In this document: piece after piece, positions 43,625-58,749 of the stretch | Position numbering within the stretch: the first letter of the stretch is position 1 | How the letters are laid out: each line of letters opens with the position of its first letter | Origin: Octopus vulgaris | Lineage: Eukaryota | DNA: 64,000 nucleotides | Assembly: GCA_951406725.2 (NCBI GenBank) | Contig: OX597816.1 | Span: forward strand, 54,250,001-54,314,000 | Direction: 5' to 3' | The notes under the pieces: model-generated | The model's database searches: none | Told to the model about the DNA's origin: nothing | What the model saw: only the letters and a program-made list of their open reading frames with translations | Made by a program: the position numbers and the translations under genes

Positions 43625-46195
43625 TGGTTCTGGCTCTGTGGTGGTGATGGGGCCTGCGTATTCCATAGATCCGGAGAGAGCATTACCGTCTTGAGTGTTA
43701 CTGCTTGTAGGGTCTCCCTAGGCGGATCGGTTGTCTGGGGAGTTTCCAGACTAACGGTAAGTCACGGCGCGTCGGCCCCTCGCCTCGTCGCCAAGATGGA
43801 AAGTCCATTATTTAACTATTCTGCGGAGGACTAACAACCTGCCCTGAAGAACTCTCAACCTGTTACGACACTGAACAGAAGAAATCAGACTGCCCTACAT
43901 CGATTCTGCCAGATCGCCACCTTATTACTGAGAGAAATAAGAGAATTTACGTCTTTAGAATTCATTACTTGAATTTATTTTACTGCTCCTACTAGTAATA
44001 CTGTCGCCACCTCTACTGCTAGCCTTATTGCTACCACTACTACTGTCGTTTCTGCCTCTGCTTCCTTTCTCCCTTTCAGCTGCACTGTTTGAAGTCTTTA
44101 ATTTTCTGACTGACTGTACAAAGGAAGAGAGACCACCCGAGACTACGTGAAATACAATAGAAAGTCAAATGACCAAGCTATGACCACTGAACCAGAACAA
44201 CCGACCTCCTATATAGATTAAAACAGTTATAACACTGGAATCCCTGCATGACCCCCACCAACGAGAATTAACTTACGCTACAAAATTCGTGCTGCTATAT
44301 GTAATGTCCTGTTGCTCCTTCTTCCCGGGGTAGCCAACTGCTGTCGTGAGAGTTATCCTCTCACAATATCACCCTAGCGGGACTTTGTGAAGCACTCTGT
44401 TCTGACAGTGGTGAATTCATCGTGGGCGACCACTGCCTCATCTAGAGCAGCCCCGAGGACCGGACTTCTACGAATAGCTCCAATAGGTTTTAGGACAAAT
44501 CCCACCCTACGACATCAAGATCAGTCTGACGGGCGCCAATGCTATTAACTTCTCTTCCGCCGGACTCCCTTCAACCGACCCACTTCAGATTCAACTTATT
44601 AGTACAACCTTCGCCGACCCATTCGCTGATAACAAAGGTAACTGCCTTCTGAGTCTGCCGCTACAATAATCTCTGTATCACCGACGCCTGTTTCCCCCCG
44701 AATCCTATCCATCAATGGACTTGGAACTGTCCCACCACAATATCATCTCCTGCCACTGAAGGTCGTTTGTCACTAACTGTCGGGTCTACAGAGGAGCTCA
44801 ACTCGGCAATACCGACCATCGATTGCTGGCTGCGACACTCACGTTGAAGCTGCGGGCGAACCCCGCTGCCAAATACCAGTCCCACCTTGCCTCATCCTGT
44901 CTCCATCAGCCTAACATCACCTGAACATTCTCATGCTTTATCACCAATCGTTTCAATGCCCTGAAAATTGGGAAATGTTCAAATCAAGCGTCAACCAGTC
45001 TGCACGTTATGTCCTGGTAAACTTAAGATCTCTCCTCCAGCGCCCCGAATTTCACAGCAGATGCTGGAGACAATCAACTGCTGCTGCAAGGCTGATCTAC
45101 ATGAAGACATGAATGAGCACCGCCAGCTCAACCGGATACGCAATAACCCCATCACAGATGAATGAAAGAAGTTCTGGAGACAGCAGCAAGGAACATCATC
45201 CAGGTATTCAATATGCTTCACAAAGCCTACGCCAGTCCCCAGTTCAAGACAGCTTTGCTGAGGGATACCAATGGTTGCGTCATCATCACAGAAACCACCT
45301 GCCTCGAATGCTTCAGCTTTCTTCTCCATCACCCACCTATCCCAGCCTAACCCTCACTGCAGACACACTCACAACCAATGACACTTGTAGATTTGATCCT
45401 GTCACCCCTGATGAAGTCAGTGCTGCTCTGAAGAAGCTCAACAACTGCAAAGCTCCTGAAATTTGCACTATCACTATGGAGATGCTGAAGGCGGGTGGAG
45501 AAAACATGGTCAAGTGGCTCACTCGCATTATCAAAAACGTATGAGTGTCAGAGTGATTCCCAAATGACTGGACCCAAGGCATCATCCTCCTCTTCTGGAA
45601 ATGGAAGGACGATAAACTCGTTGGCAGCAATCACAGGGGCATTACTCCCCTCTCCATCCCGGACAAGCTCTTCACTAGGATCCTCCTCAACCGAGCTCTT
45701 CTTGCTTTTAGAAGCAGACGCCACCAACAGCAAGCCAGATTCATGTCAAATCAATCTACAGCCAACCATATTTTTGTGCTTCGTCTCATCATTGATCTCG
45801 GGAGTTTCGCGAAGATCTCCACCTTTACACTGCCTTCATCAACCCCAACATAGCTTTCGACATTGTCGTCAATGCATCCCCCTGGAAAATTCTCAAGCTC
45901 GTAGGTGCGACTCCCAAAATCTCCACCCTGTTCCAACGGCTCTATAGCAGTGTCGAGAGCTTCATGTGGCTGACTGATTCCCCATCAACAGTGGGGTTAC
46001 ATAGGACTGCGTGGCCGTTCCCGATCTCTACAGCTGTGTCATCGATTATCTGTTGTGCAAGATCTGTGAGCGATTCTGTAGCATTACTTTCGGGAACTGC
46101 CACATCACCAACCTGGAGTATGCGGACGATATCCCCCTATTCAAGAACTCAATCGACCAGCTAAACGATGCACTGGCAATATACAGAGAAGAATC
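43625..46195 (+). mobile_element. Degenerate RTE-clade LINE (putative 5' UTR, APE remnants, RT)
   Basis: GTAGGGTCTCCC..GGC..CCAGACTAA resembles RTE 5' UTRs; DEVSAALKKLNNCKAP..ITMEMLKAGG, PNDWTQGII, NHRGITPLSIPDKLF, NLEYADDI. Whether the 5' UTR belongs to the same copy is uncertain. Confidence 0.75.
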
Positions 46196-46214
46196 AACAT
46201 ATATCTTTTGTCTT

Positions 46215-46765
46215 CTTTTACTTTTTTCAGTCATTAAATTGCGGCCATGCTGGGGCACCGCCTTCGAGAATTTTTTTTAGTTAAATGAATCGATCCCAGG
46301 ACTTATTTTATAAAGCCTAGTACTTATTCCATCGGTATCTTTTGCCGCATCGCCAAGTTACAGGGACGTAAATATACCAGCACCGGTTGTCAAGAGATGG
46401 TGGTGGGGCAAACATAGACACTAAGACACATACACATACATATACTGACGGTCTTCTTTCAGGTTCCGTCTACTTAATTCACTCGCAAGGCTTTGGTCGA
46501 CCCGAGGCTACAGTAGAAGACACTTGCCCGAGGTGTCACACTGTGGGACTGAACCCGGAGTCATGTGGTTGGGAAGCAAGCTTATTACCACATACAGTGT
46601 TGGCGTGTTACATCCCTGTAACTTAGCAGTTCGACAGAAGGCGCCGACAGAATCAATATCAAGCTTAACAAAAAGTACTAAGGTCGATTCGTCCGACTAA
46701 AATTCTTCAAGGCTGCTCCAGAATGGCCGCAGTCTGATGACTGAAACAAGTAAAAGAATAAAAAA
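46215..46765. mobile_element. SINE family A (minus, 46215-46590) next to a related 3' half on the plus strand (46595-46765)
   Basis: Both outer ends carry the ACTGAAA..AAGTAAAAGA tail in opposite orientation. Confidence 0.8.
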
Positions 46766-47154
46766 TAGATAAAAGATATAACACCTAGTTGTGAATAATA
46801 TAAAACACCACGTCTTCAGTAATTATGGGCAAGCCCGTTTTGAGCTGAAGAGGTTTAATAAAGCAGAAAAAAATGCATAGTTGTTTTCTGTACTTGCCAA
46901 GATCAATGAAATGATATTAGTTGATGTTGTTTTACCTCACCACATTATTGAATCTAATTACAATTATATTAATCACTGCACGAAATATGATAATGCTAAT
47001 TTACACGGTGATTTGACTAAAAAGAAAAAAACCCGTGAGTTTTTTAGCAGGGAGAACATACAGTTTAGTAGTCCTTTCGATAAGGGACCGACTTTTTCTT
47101 TCACTCTGTAGATCAAGCGAAATGATACAAGGCTGCACAAAAGCAACTTCTTAT

Positions 47155-47190
<36 letters not shown>

Positions 47191-47197
47191 GTATTAT

Positions 47198-47331
47198 TTT
47201 TGCCTTTCATCCTTTCGGGGTCGATAAATTAAGTACCAGTTACGCACTGGGGTCGATGTGATCGACTTAATCCGTTTGTCTGTCCTTGTTTTGTCCCCTC
47301 TGTGTTTAGCCCCTTGTGGGTAGTAAAGAAA
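47198..47331 (+). mobile_element. SINE family B 3' fragment
   Basis: GCCTTTCATCCTTTCGGGGTCGATAAATTAAGTACCAG...AGCCCCTTGTGGGTAGTAAAGAAATA. Confidence 0.9.
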
Positions 47332-47343
47332 TATATTATTATT

Positions 47344-47899
47344 GAGTGAGAGAGCAGTTCATGCCATCAAAGTGACACTGGAGTAAAATATACAAAGCCC
47401 AATATACCCACCATGACTACCCGTCTGATAAGGGTACACCAGGCACATGCATCACAGCCATATGTGCGCGACATGGTGATCTTATAAAAAGATAAACAGC
47501 ACATGACCTTGCAGGTGGGGCCCAGTTAGAATTTTCTTCAGGCTGAGTAGCCCATCCCGCTCAAAAGGTCCCTGAATAAGGGTTGTTTAAGGATGTTGAA
47601 AGAACCACCCATGTTTCCAGAGGTGAATTATTCAAACTCCAAAGAATCCCTCTCAACACATAGCTATGATGCTCCCCCACTACTTCTGCTCGTGATCAGA
47701 GATGCACATATCGTCAGCCACCAAGGGACATGCTCAACTGGTTAAGGTCAAACAACTGACAAGCAAATATGTGGTATTGAGCAGAATATTTGCTGTAGCC
47801 CATCTTTTATATCAAGACAAAACAATGTACATGATAACACTTCCAATCAGTTAAGATCAGAAGCCATGAGAGCCACTGCCTGGTACTGCATCAGGGCAT

Positions 47900-47900
<1 letters not shown>
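47344..47900 (-). repeat. Unclassified ~555-bp interspersed repeat bounded by (AAT)n on both sides
   Basis: Second copy at 38646-39006; no recognisable ORF; strand is relative only. Confidence 0.8.
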
Positions 47901-48609
<709 letters not shown>

Positions 48610-49210
48610 CATTTGTCGTCGCTTATGAAAGCCTTCTTAAACAGCAAAACAGCACCATTACTAATTATTGTGTAACATTAACAAAAGAGAGAACCGGTAG
48701 AGATATTAAAATAGTGGATAAACTGTATTAAAGTATCATTAACTGCTGATAATTTGGCAGGTTTTCAGTAGCAGTCGGTCTCAATCTGCGATTGCTTCTT
48801 ACCACCAGCCTTATTCTCTTCCTTCCTTCCTTTCTCCCGTCATGGAGAGGCAGAAAAATAGGGCGAGCTTTGTCATTCCTAGCAACAAGACTTTTGCTAC
48901 CGTGTGCTTAAGTAGTAGGAAACAGCTGTTGTTACTACTACTACTGCTGCTGCTGCTGTTGTAGTAGATGCAATAACGTAAAGCAATCCAGTTGTTTCAT
49001 AGCAAGCCAATGGTAGAAAGCGAGTAAAAGTATGAGTTTTTAGCAACAAAGGCCTTTCATGTGTCGATGTGTCTTAAACATGCACGCAGACACACAGACA
49101 AACAAACATACATACATACATATAAACATAGACAAACACACACACACACGCATATACATATATAGACATAATATAACACTGCACACACATGTATATATTC
49201 ATATACATAC

Positions 49211-49247
<37 letters not shown>

Positions 49248-49390
49248 GTGTTATATTAATTTATATTTTTTTGAATATATTTTTTAAAAATAATTTTGTT
49301 ATATATTTAAATAATATAAATTAAATAATCTTATGTATTGGCTTAAGTTTTTCATTGTATGATTTGCCTAATAGTGGTTTTATCTCTAAT

Positions 49391-49442
<52 letters not shown>

Positions 49443-49468
49443 CTATATATATATGCATATATATATAT

Positions 49469-49522
<54 letters not shown>

Positions 49523-50235
49523 GCATATATAGGCATATATACATATATATATATGCATACATACACACAAGCATTGAATTAAACAGACACAAACATATAC
49601 AAATATACAGCCATACATGTTCAAATACATACGTAGATGCAACATACATGCATACAAATATACGCACATACATACACACATACATGTAGACATACATACA
49701 TAAATACATACATATATATATATATATATATATGTATACGTCTATACACACAAATATACACACATGCTTACGTACATATACACATGCGTGCACACACGAA
49801 TACATAGTTATGCACATAACTATTTGGCTGCTATTTCTAGTCGATGTATTTATCATAAGGAGGTTTCTGAATTGGATGGAGGCAGATTCTGTGCAATGTG
49901 TGTGTGTGTATATGTGTGTATCTGTGTGAGTATGTATGTGCTTGTATTTGTTCGTGAGTGTATTTGTGTTATCTGTATGCGAATTTGCATGTATTTGTGT
50001 GTTTCTCTGTGTATGCATATCTCTATGTATTGTTTCATGTGTACATGTGTGTGTGTAAGTATCCGTGTGTCTCTGTGTATATATGCGTATCTCTGTTTGT
50101 GGGAGTATCTCTGTATATGTGTATCTCTGGAGTAGCATACGCCTGTGTATGTATGTTTGTATGTTTGTATGAATGTGCTTCTGTCAGCTCCCTATCTGTA
50201 TGTATGAGTCACTCTCTTCATCCTCCTCTCTCTAA

Positions 50236-50275
<40 letters not shown>

Positions 50276-52249
50276 TACTCTTCAACCCCCTTATTTTTCT
50301 GTGTATGTCGCTCTCTCTCTTCTTCCCCCCCCCCCCCCCACCCGCTACGTTACTGTTGCCAGTTTTATGGCAACAGAATATAAAAGAGTAGCTGAAGTGT
50401 AGCGGTACTCTAACTGCCGTGCTCTGTTGCATGGGAGAGTTATTATCTTCCATATTGTACTCATATTCCTTATTGTACTCATCTTATGGAGGATAGTAAT
50501 ATTATTTTTGTCTATTGTACTTTATTGCACGGGGGGTGGGTGGGTGGGTAATAGTATTTTGTCTGCTGTACTCTGTTTTACTCTTGTACAACACAAAAAT
50601 TTTACATTACTGCATGTACTTTATATGCACTTTCTGACAAGTTGTGGTGGTGCACCTGAGCACTGTATACAATAATTTCATTATTATTATATAAAATAAA
50701 CTCACCCACACTGATATGACACAGCACCAAGCAACCTTCCCCCACCCCCACTTATATTGCGTTAGCCAAATTCACTTCTCAGAGTGTAGGAATTCGTTAA
50801 AACACCTCATAAAACAGACGCGAACATGTGTTTATCTCACTTGACCAACAACTCACCGTTACTGGAAGGGATAACCCCCCTAATTAACATTAAATTATAG
50901 ATTAATGGATCACAAAACTTAACTCCAAGCTCCCAATGGAATTTAGAAATTCCATTCTGGCCAAAAAAAAACCAAAACAAAAAAACCACGCGAAAGCGCA
51001 CCATTCTATCATCAGTTTGTTCTGAGAATGTAGTTGAGTTAACTCTCAAATGTTAATGTTCAAAATGGAATATAAAAGAGTAATAAAGTGATATATCTGG
51101 ATCTGACACCTTTTGACTTGTACTTGTTCTGTGTAATGAAGAGTATTTAGGGGCCAAAGATTTCATGATACTCGCGAAGCAAAGGTGACTGTAAAGAAAC
51201 GGATACAATAGGGCAAACCTAAATTTTTGCAAAAACGACTCAAGACTTATGTCGAGTGATGGTACAACTGCATCGCTTTAAATACAGACCACATTGAGTC
51301 GAACAAAATGCAGTCCGAACGATTTATGCCGGTTAATAAAACAGTTATGAACACTTTTGGCTATAACTCCCGTTTATTTAAGCAAACTCCATTTTATCTT
51401 TTGTAGGGGAAGTAACATTTTTCCCCTGTGGACCACTGGTATTTATTTGAGAACCACAGTACCTTCGTCGTATCCCCGGACTGATTGGTCATAGCCGGAC
51501 ACATCATGCCTCGTTTTCTCCTCTCATGTGAACTTCTTGGTAATCGCTGACAACGATGGACGAACTAATAGTATTCTTCGAAGTACAACTAGTAACCCGT
51601 ACCCCACTTCACACATTACAAATCCAAACGGGCTCCTTTTAAATTCCTGTCTTCTATGTCCCTCTATATATATATATATGCACAGACCCTTACCTTCCCA
51701 TAACCCACTGCTTTATACCAGAATGTCTGTTACACTTTTTATTTCCAATATTTTGACGATACGTTATATTTTAAAAATATTTACGTTTTATTTATATATT
51801 TCTATGATATATATTAAATTCATATTTATATTTACATATTCTACGTTGTTTTCCATTATATTTTATACTTCCATTTATTTCTTTATGTTTTAAAATTTCA
51901 ATTTTTTATAGCTTTTCATAATTTTCTTTCCTATATTGATTTTTAAAATATCGATTCATTTATTTATTCTAATGATTACGTTTTTGTCTATTCATTTCTT
52001 GTTCTATAGATATCGATTTTCCTTCGCAATTGATCCCTTTGTTTACATATTTTTATAATTACACATTCAAATGCATTCACGATCATCTTTTACTAATTTT
52101 GTAAAATGTTGCAATTTAGTGAAAACTTCAACACATTACCAGCCACATCGTAAATAAAAACTCGGAATTATGCATTTATTGCATAATTTACATATATGTC
52201 TTATACATGCATACAGACAGACACACACGCACACAAATATAAATATAAT

Positions 52250-52304
<55 letters not shown>

Positions 52305-52336
52305 TTTATTTAAAGCAGCAGAAAATTCAACAAAAT

Positions 52337-52374
52337 CTGTTACTCTGAGTTTCTCGTTGCCGTTCATTAGACAG
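52337..52374 (-). ncRNA. Hammerhead motif with G5A substitution (probably inactive copy)
   Basis: CUGU-CUAAUGA-A-CG(GCAA)CG-A-GAAA-CUC(A)GAG-UA-ACAG; ~35 nt from (TA)n. Confidence 0.72.
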
Positions 52375-52674
52375 TTTTTGCTAGAATGGAACCGATATAT
52401 CAATTCAATCTAGACTCTTACAAACGCTACACCTTTAAAAAAAATGGACTTGTTTGATTGGCCCTTTAGAAATAACGGTCAATCTTCGAGCGATAAACAA
52501 AAAAAGCTCAAAAATGTATGTATATATACATAAAAAATTATAAAAATTATAAAATTCGAGGAAAAACCTTACATTGAATAAAATACATATTGACGTTAAT
52601 GAAGAAAGTATAATTAATGCATAGAAAGTAAAACCTATTATAAATATTACACTGCATATATATATATATTATAT

Positions 52675-53750
52675 ATAGTATATCCGCTTATTCGTGGTTC
52701 GGCATTCGCGGTCCCGGTTATTCGTGGAACTAGTAATTGTTCACTGAAGCCACCGCATATTCGCGCGGAATCGTAAATACCATCTGCGATTTTTTTATGG
52801 CATGGCATTTTTCGTAGCAATATGTATACATTTTCACACTTTTTAAGGTTTAACTATAAATAATAATATACCGTATTTTACAGGAAACCCTTTCGCAGCT
52901 AAAGGTCCCTCCAATTAGAATAGCTGCTTATGACATCACATGATTTTCTTTTAGATACAAATACCCTGTATCTTGTATTGCTTATTCCTGCCTTCAATCA
53001 AAGCTTGATAATTAGTATAGCGACTACCAGCCCCTATTTTTGAATCATCATTACATTTGATCATAGGCAATGTTTATTTCAACAGGATAATTTTTAAGGT
53101 CATAAGCTAATATAGCCTCATTGAGATTAGGTTACTTGCTGCCCATCTCTCTCTCACCTCCCTCTCTCTCACCCCCTCTCTCCCTTATTATTATAGTATA
53201 GATTACTGTATCTAAATTTTTCAAAACCATGATTATTTTTAATCTCTGCTAAGTCTCCCATTGGTGGTATGCGCATAGTAAACGCAATGAAAATCTGTCT
53301 AGTATTTTGTTGAGTGCTGTGTTTTTCGCAGCGTGTTATTACAGCCCTAAGAAGCCGCTCAAACGCTCTACACCTTCTAAGGCTTCTGGCAGAGAACCTA
53401 AGCGCCGGGAAAAGGTTATGACGTTTCATGAGAAGGCACAACTGCTGGATATGTCCTGGGAAGGTAAAAGCTATGCTGCACGAGGTCGCTATTATGTTGT
53501 CAACGAATGCACGACCATACGCTACATAAAGGAGAACGAGATAACGACCAGGACTGCCATAGCAGTAGGTTTCTATGAATGTGCCAAAAAGATAACGACA
53601 GTGAGAAATAGGCACTTCGTCGGGGTGGAATCTACCTTGGCATTGTGGATCAGTCACAGCAAAAAGAAAAACATCCTTTTGAGCGATAACACCATCCGTG
53701 AGAAAGCATTGAAATTATACCAGAAATTCACAGAAATTTTCGAGTGATTG
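52675..53750 (+). mobile_element. Tigger/pogo-like DNA transposon, 5' part
   Basis: ORF 53307-53747 has HTH_psq/CENP-B-like KVMTFHEKAQLLD...VNECTTIRYIK...ESTLALWI...IREKALKLY; TIR-like AGTATATCCGCTTATTCGTGG at ~52677. Confidence 0.8.
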
Positions 53751-53814
53751 CATACAACTTTTCTGACCTCCCCACTGTGCTTAAGACTACGCATGCGACT
53801 TCTCTGATGGCATC

Positions 53815-54060
53815 TGAAGCCGTGGCGAGTGATGGAGTGTCATGGATCCACATTTCATCGAGTTTGATTTGAAGATCAGCACAAAGGAGTATCTGGACAT
53901 CCTGAAAGAGCTCTCTGTTGCCTTGGATGGAGCAGAAGTTTGGTCTTGGCAATGTGATGCTTATCCTGGATTCTGCAACATGCCATGGGTCAAAAGCAAC
54001 AGATTATATCCAGCCTATGAGTTGGAATTTAATATGGACTTTTCATGGACATGGGTGAGT
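53815..54060 (+). mobile_element. Tc1/mariner-superfamily transposase relic
   Basis: VASDG..MDPHFIE..LKISTKEYLDILKE. Confidence 0.5.
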
Positions 54061-54581
54061 CTAAGACAGTAATTTTCAGTTTTTAATCTAGCATAGTGGG
54101 GAAATAGTGTTATATTAAACTTGTAGAGTAATGTGTTATATGAAAACAATTATGATGAAGGTGAGAGCATCAACATCAACAACATCAATATCAATAATAT
54201 CAATACCAATAATATTTAAAAAAATAACAATAAGATAATTTTCCAAAATAATAACAGAAATAACAATACCAATAACCATGGGGTCAAAATAAAACAACGA
54301 TAAGAAAGTAATAATCCCAATACTAGTTGAGAGTAGAAAATAAAATTAAAAAATAAAATATTAAAATCTTCAAGGAATAAAATATAATTAAAAAAGATTT
54401 TTCTAATTTTAAAAATGATTGTAAATGATTATAAATCAATTCCATGGCGTCAATTTATAGGCGTCGGATGATACGAGCCTCCGTCTTCAGAGAAGAAATC
54501 TTACATTTTAGGTGTTGACTGAAACGAGATTAAAGACGGAATGATTTTGTGGAGAGCTAAGTGTAATAGAGGGGGAATAAG

Positions 54582-55720
<1,139 letters not shown>

Positions 55721-55734
55721 TATATATGTATATA

Positions 55735-56890
55735 TATATTCCTCCCTGTGCCTGTTAAATCGTATGTCCCTGGCGTAAGGATTTACTTCTACACACGCCA
55801 GGTTAATTTTATTCATCCCTAGTCAAAAGACACCTGTTGTTATGTCCTGTTAATTGCATTTGTATTTGCGTAACGTTTTCCTGTTTCTTTCCGTCCTTGT
55901 TTTCGTATACATTCGCTGATTTCTTCCAAGGAATCTAATGCTCTTAGTTTATTTTTTCCTTTGGGCTGGCCAGATTGGAGCAATCTCAAATATAACCAGC
56001 CGAAATTGCAAAAACAATCTGGAACTCGACTGAGGATAGAAAACTCCAAATGACCCGTCTGTGTTTGTTTTGTATCGTCTGTCTGGATGTTTTGTTATCC
56101 CTTTTTCGTATCACCTAACTGTGTAGATGTTTTGCGTTCTTGTCTCATTTTTGTATTTTTTATATATAAAATATAGCGGCGTACGTACACTTTGGTCTCT
56201 TATATGTAAGTATATATACATCTAAATTATGAACGTCTCTATTATCCTATTCTTTCATTCTTTCCCTCTTTCTATTAGCCCATTCCCACTTCGTTCATTC
56301 CACTCTTCGTTCTTTCGTTGGTCCTCTCTCATATTTCTTGGCCTTCTCTTCATGCTCACTTTCCCTCCTCTTGTCTTTTCATTTTTTTCTCGCCCATCCT
56401 TAATTCTCCTATCTCTCTGCTTCTACCTCTTTCTCTTTTCTCCTCACATGACCGGTGTTCGGCCAGGTCTGACCTTTCTTTTGGTTCGACTACCATCCGT
56501 AGAACATCTATATTCCTCCCTGTGCCTGTTAAATCTTATGTCCCTGTTGTAAGGCTTTACTTCCACACACGCCAGCTTAATTTAATTCGTCCTTAGTCGA
56601 AAGACACCTGTTGTTATGTTCTGTTAATTGCATTTGTATTTGTGTAACAGTCTCCGTTTTTTTCTGTCCTTCTTTTCGTAATGCCTACGTTGCTTTTTTT
56701 CCAAGGAATCTAATGCTCTTAGCTTAGCTTTTCCTTGGGGCTGGCCAGATTGGAACAACCTCGAGTATAACCAGCCGAAATCGCAAAGATAATCTGGAAC
56801 TCGACTGAGGATAGAAAACTCCGAATGAGCCGTCCTTGTTCTTTTTGTAACGTCTGTATGGATGCTTTGTGTTCTTGTCCCATTTTTGCG

Positions 56891-56900
<10 letters not shown>
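55735..56900 (+). repeat. Two diverged direct copies (55735-56160, 56509-56897) of a ~400-bp non-coding element, each ending at a TA tract
   Basis: Shared TATATTCCTCCCTGTGCCTGTTAAATC, AAAGACACCTGTTGTTATGT, CCAAGGAATCTAATGCTCTTAG, ATCTGGAACTCGACTGAGGATAGAAAACTCC. Confidence 0.88.
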
Positions 56901-56928
<28 letters not shown>

Positions 56929-57071
56929 CACAATCAAGGAGTAGAAATGACGTATTCCAAATGCACAAGGCAATGTAATCCGATGGTAGAAAGAATTCCG
57001 CGAATTAGGTACCCCAAAGTCAGTTGGCGATGTTGTTTCCTCCGTCTTCCTTTTCTATTGGACTTTCCTCT

Positions 57072-57108
57072 GTTTCTGAAGAAGAGCTTTGCTCGAAACG
57101 TTTAACCA
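57072..57108 (+). ncRNA. Minimal hammerhead motif with weak stem I
   Basis: CUGAAGA-A-GAGC(UUU)GCUC-GAAACGUU; palindromic AAACGUUU; lies in a ~290-bp segment between (TA)n tracts. Confidence 0.65.
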
Positions 57109-57210
57109 TCTTTCTTTCCTTCCCTGAGCGTCTGCTAATACTTTACATGTACCACATCCTAAGGTTGTTGTTTTTTGTGTTTGTTGTTTTTTTTTTGTAT
57201 TTTGGGATTT

Positions 57211-57296
<86 letters not shown>

Positions 57297-57297
<1 letters not shown>

Positions 57298-58749
57298 AGA
57301 AAATAGTAAAGAGTGAAAAAACGACAGAAAGCTTAAATGTTAAAAAATATATATATTTGCGTCAATATGTCTGAAGAATATTAGAAAATTTAAAAAAACA
57401 CATTTTTTTCTCTTATAATGACATAATTTAAAAGAAAGACCGGTTTCGCGTGTAGCTTTTCAAATTTCTTGTGACGTTATGTTTATGTTGAATAGAGTTA
57501 TCGTGTTTATGTTCCGGTGAGTTCTAAATAAGGGGAGGTAGTGGGTGATTTCTTCCGGTGTAAGGGAGATAATCGCTTAAAAATTTTTTCCTTTCCCTTA
57601 ATGTGAATTTCTCTGTATCAGTATGTTCGGATGGTTGAGTCTGGGCTTGTACTTTTCAATGAAGAATGTTTCCTTGTTTAGTCTAATTTGTGTTGATGAT
57701 CCGAAAGCACATTGATAAAATGGAAAGATTAAAATTGTGGTAGTAGTTGCTTTGCGCATTTCTCTATGTGCTCACTAAAAGGTATCATTCTATATTCTGG
57801 GAATGCAATCTGTTGTCGATGCAGTGTGCATCTACGTCTGAGTAATAGTCCTGTGGAACCCACGTAGTCTTGGTGGCAGCCCGAGCATTTTATGACATAA
57901 ATTATGTTTTCAGAGGCACAAGTAAAGTTAGATTTGATCTTGAATTTCTGTCCCTCTTTAAAGAGGAATTCTGATCCTTCTAGCAGGTTAGGACATGTTG
58001 CACAGTTCGATCTACCACATTTTTTTACTTTTGCATCCGTAATTTCAGAAGACAATTTTGCCTTTATGAGAATCTTTTAAAGTGATTTAGGCTGTTTGTA
58101 GCTTTTAATGATTTGGTGTATGTTTAGAATTTCCTTTAATTTGGGGTTTTTATGAAGTATTGGTAAATTCTGGGTGATGATGGTGAAGGCTTCTTTGTTT
58201 CTGGGGTTGTATGTAGATATGTAAGGTAGTATTTTCGGGGAAGGTGTGTTGTTGTGTTGAACTTTTCTTAAAGTTTCTATGTTGATTTCTGTTGCACGTC
58301 TGATCCCATCCTCTATGAGTTGAGCTGGGTAATGTCTGTCAATTAGGGTGTTTTTGAGTTCTTGCAGTCTAAAGTTCCTGGTATTTTGTTCTGACACTAT
58401 TGTGCATATCCTTCTTGCAAGGTTGAAGGGGATGTTTGTTTTAGTGTGTCTTGGGTGGCATGAATTAAAAGAAGGTATTGTTTGGCGTCTGTGGCTTTGT
58501 AAAAAATGTCTGTTTCTATTTTAAGGTTAATTTTTTAAATTAGTATATCCAAGAACGGGAGCTCCTTTTGGTTGTATTCCATTGTAAATTGTATATTTGG
58601 GTTTATGCTGTTCAATAGGTTTTTAAATTTTAGGAGTTTATCTGTGTTTTCATTCCAGAGAATAAAACAATCGTCTAAGAATCGTTTCCAATTTTCTTTT
58701 ATGTATTGAGAGGGGGTTTCCAAAGATTGATAAAGATTCCTGGTAAATG
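57297..58749 (-). mobile_element. Penelope-like (Neptune-type) element, 5'-truncated; left arm of palindrome
   Basis: WKRFLDDCF, LPFLDILI, SCHPRHTKTNIPFNLARRI, CGRSNCATC linker, GIY-YIG-type IIYVIKC..C..DYVGST..LRRR..LHR. Confidence 0.95.
57432..57470 (-). ncRNA. Hammerhead-like motif in the PLE 3' region (left arm)
   Basis: Mirror image of 60047-60085. Confidence 0.6.

Noticed and set aside
54455-54500. Minus-strand CTGAAGA-CGGA...TCCG half hammerhead
   Set aside because: GAAA and stem III are absent; cannot be supported
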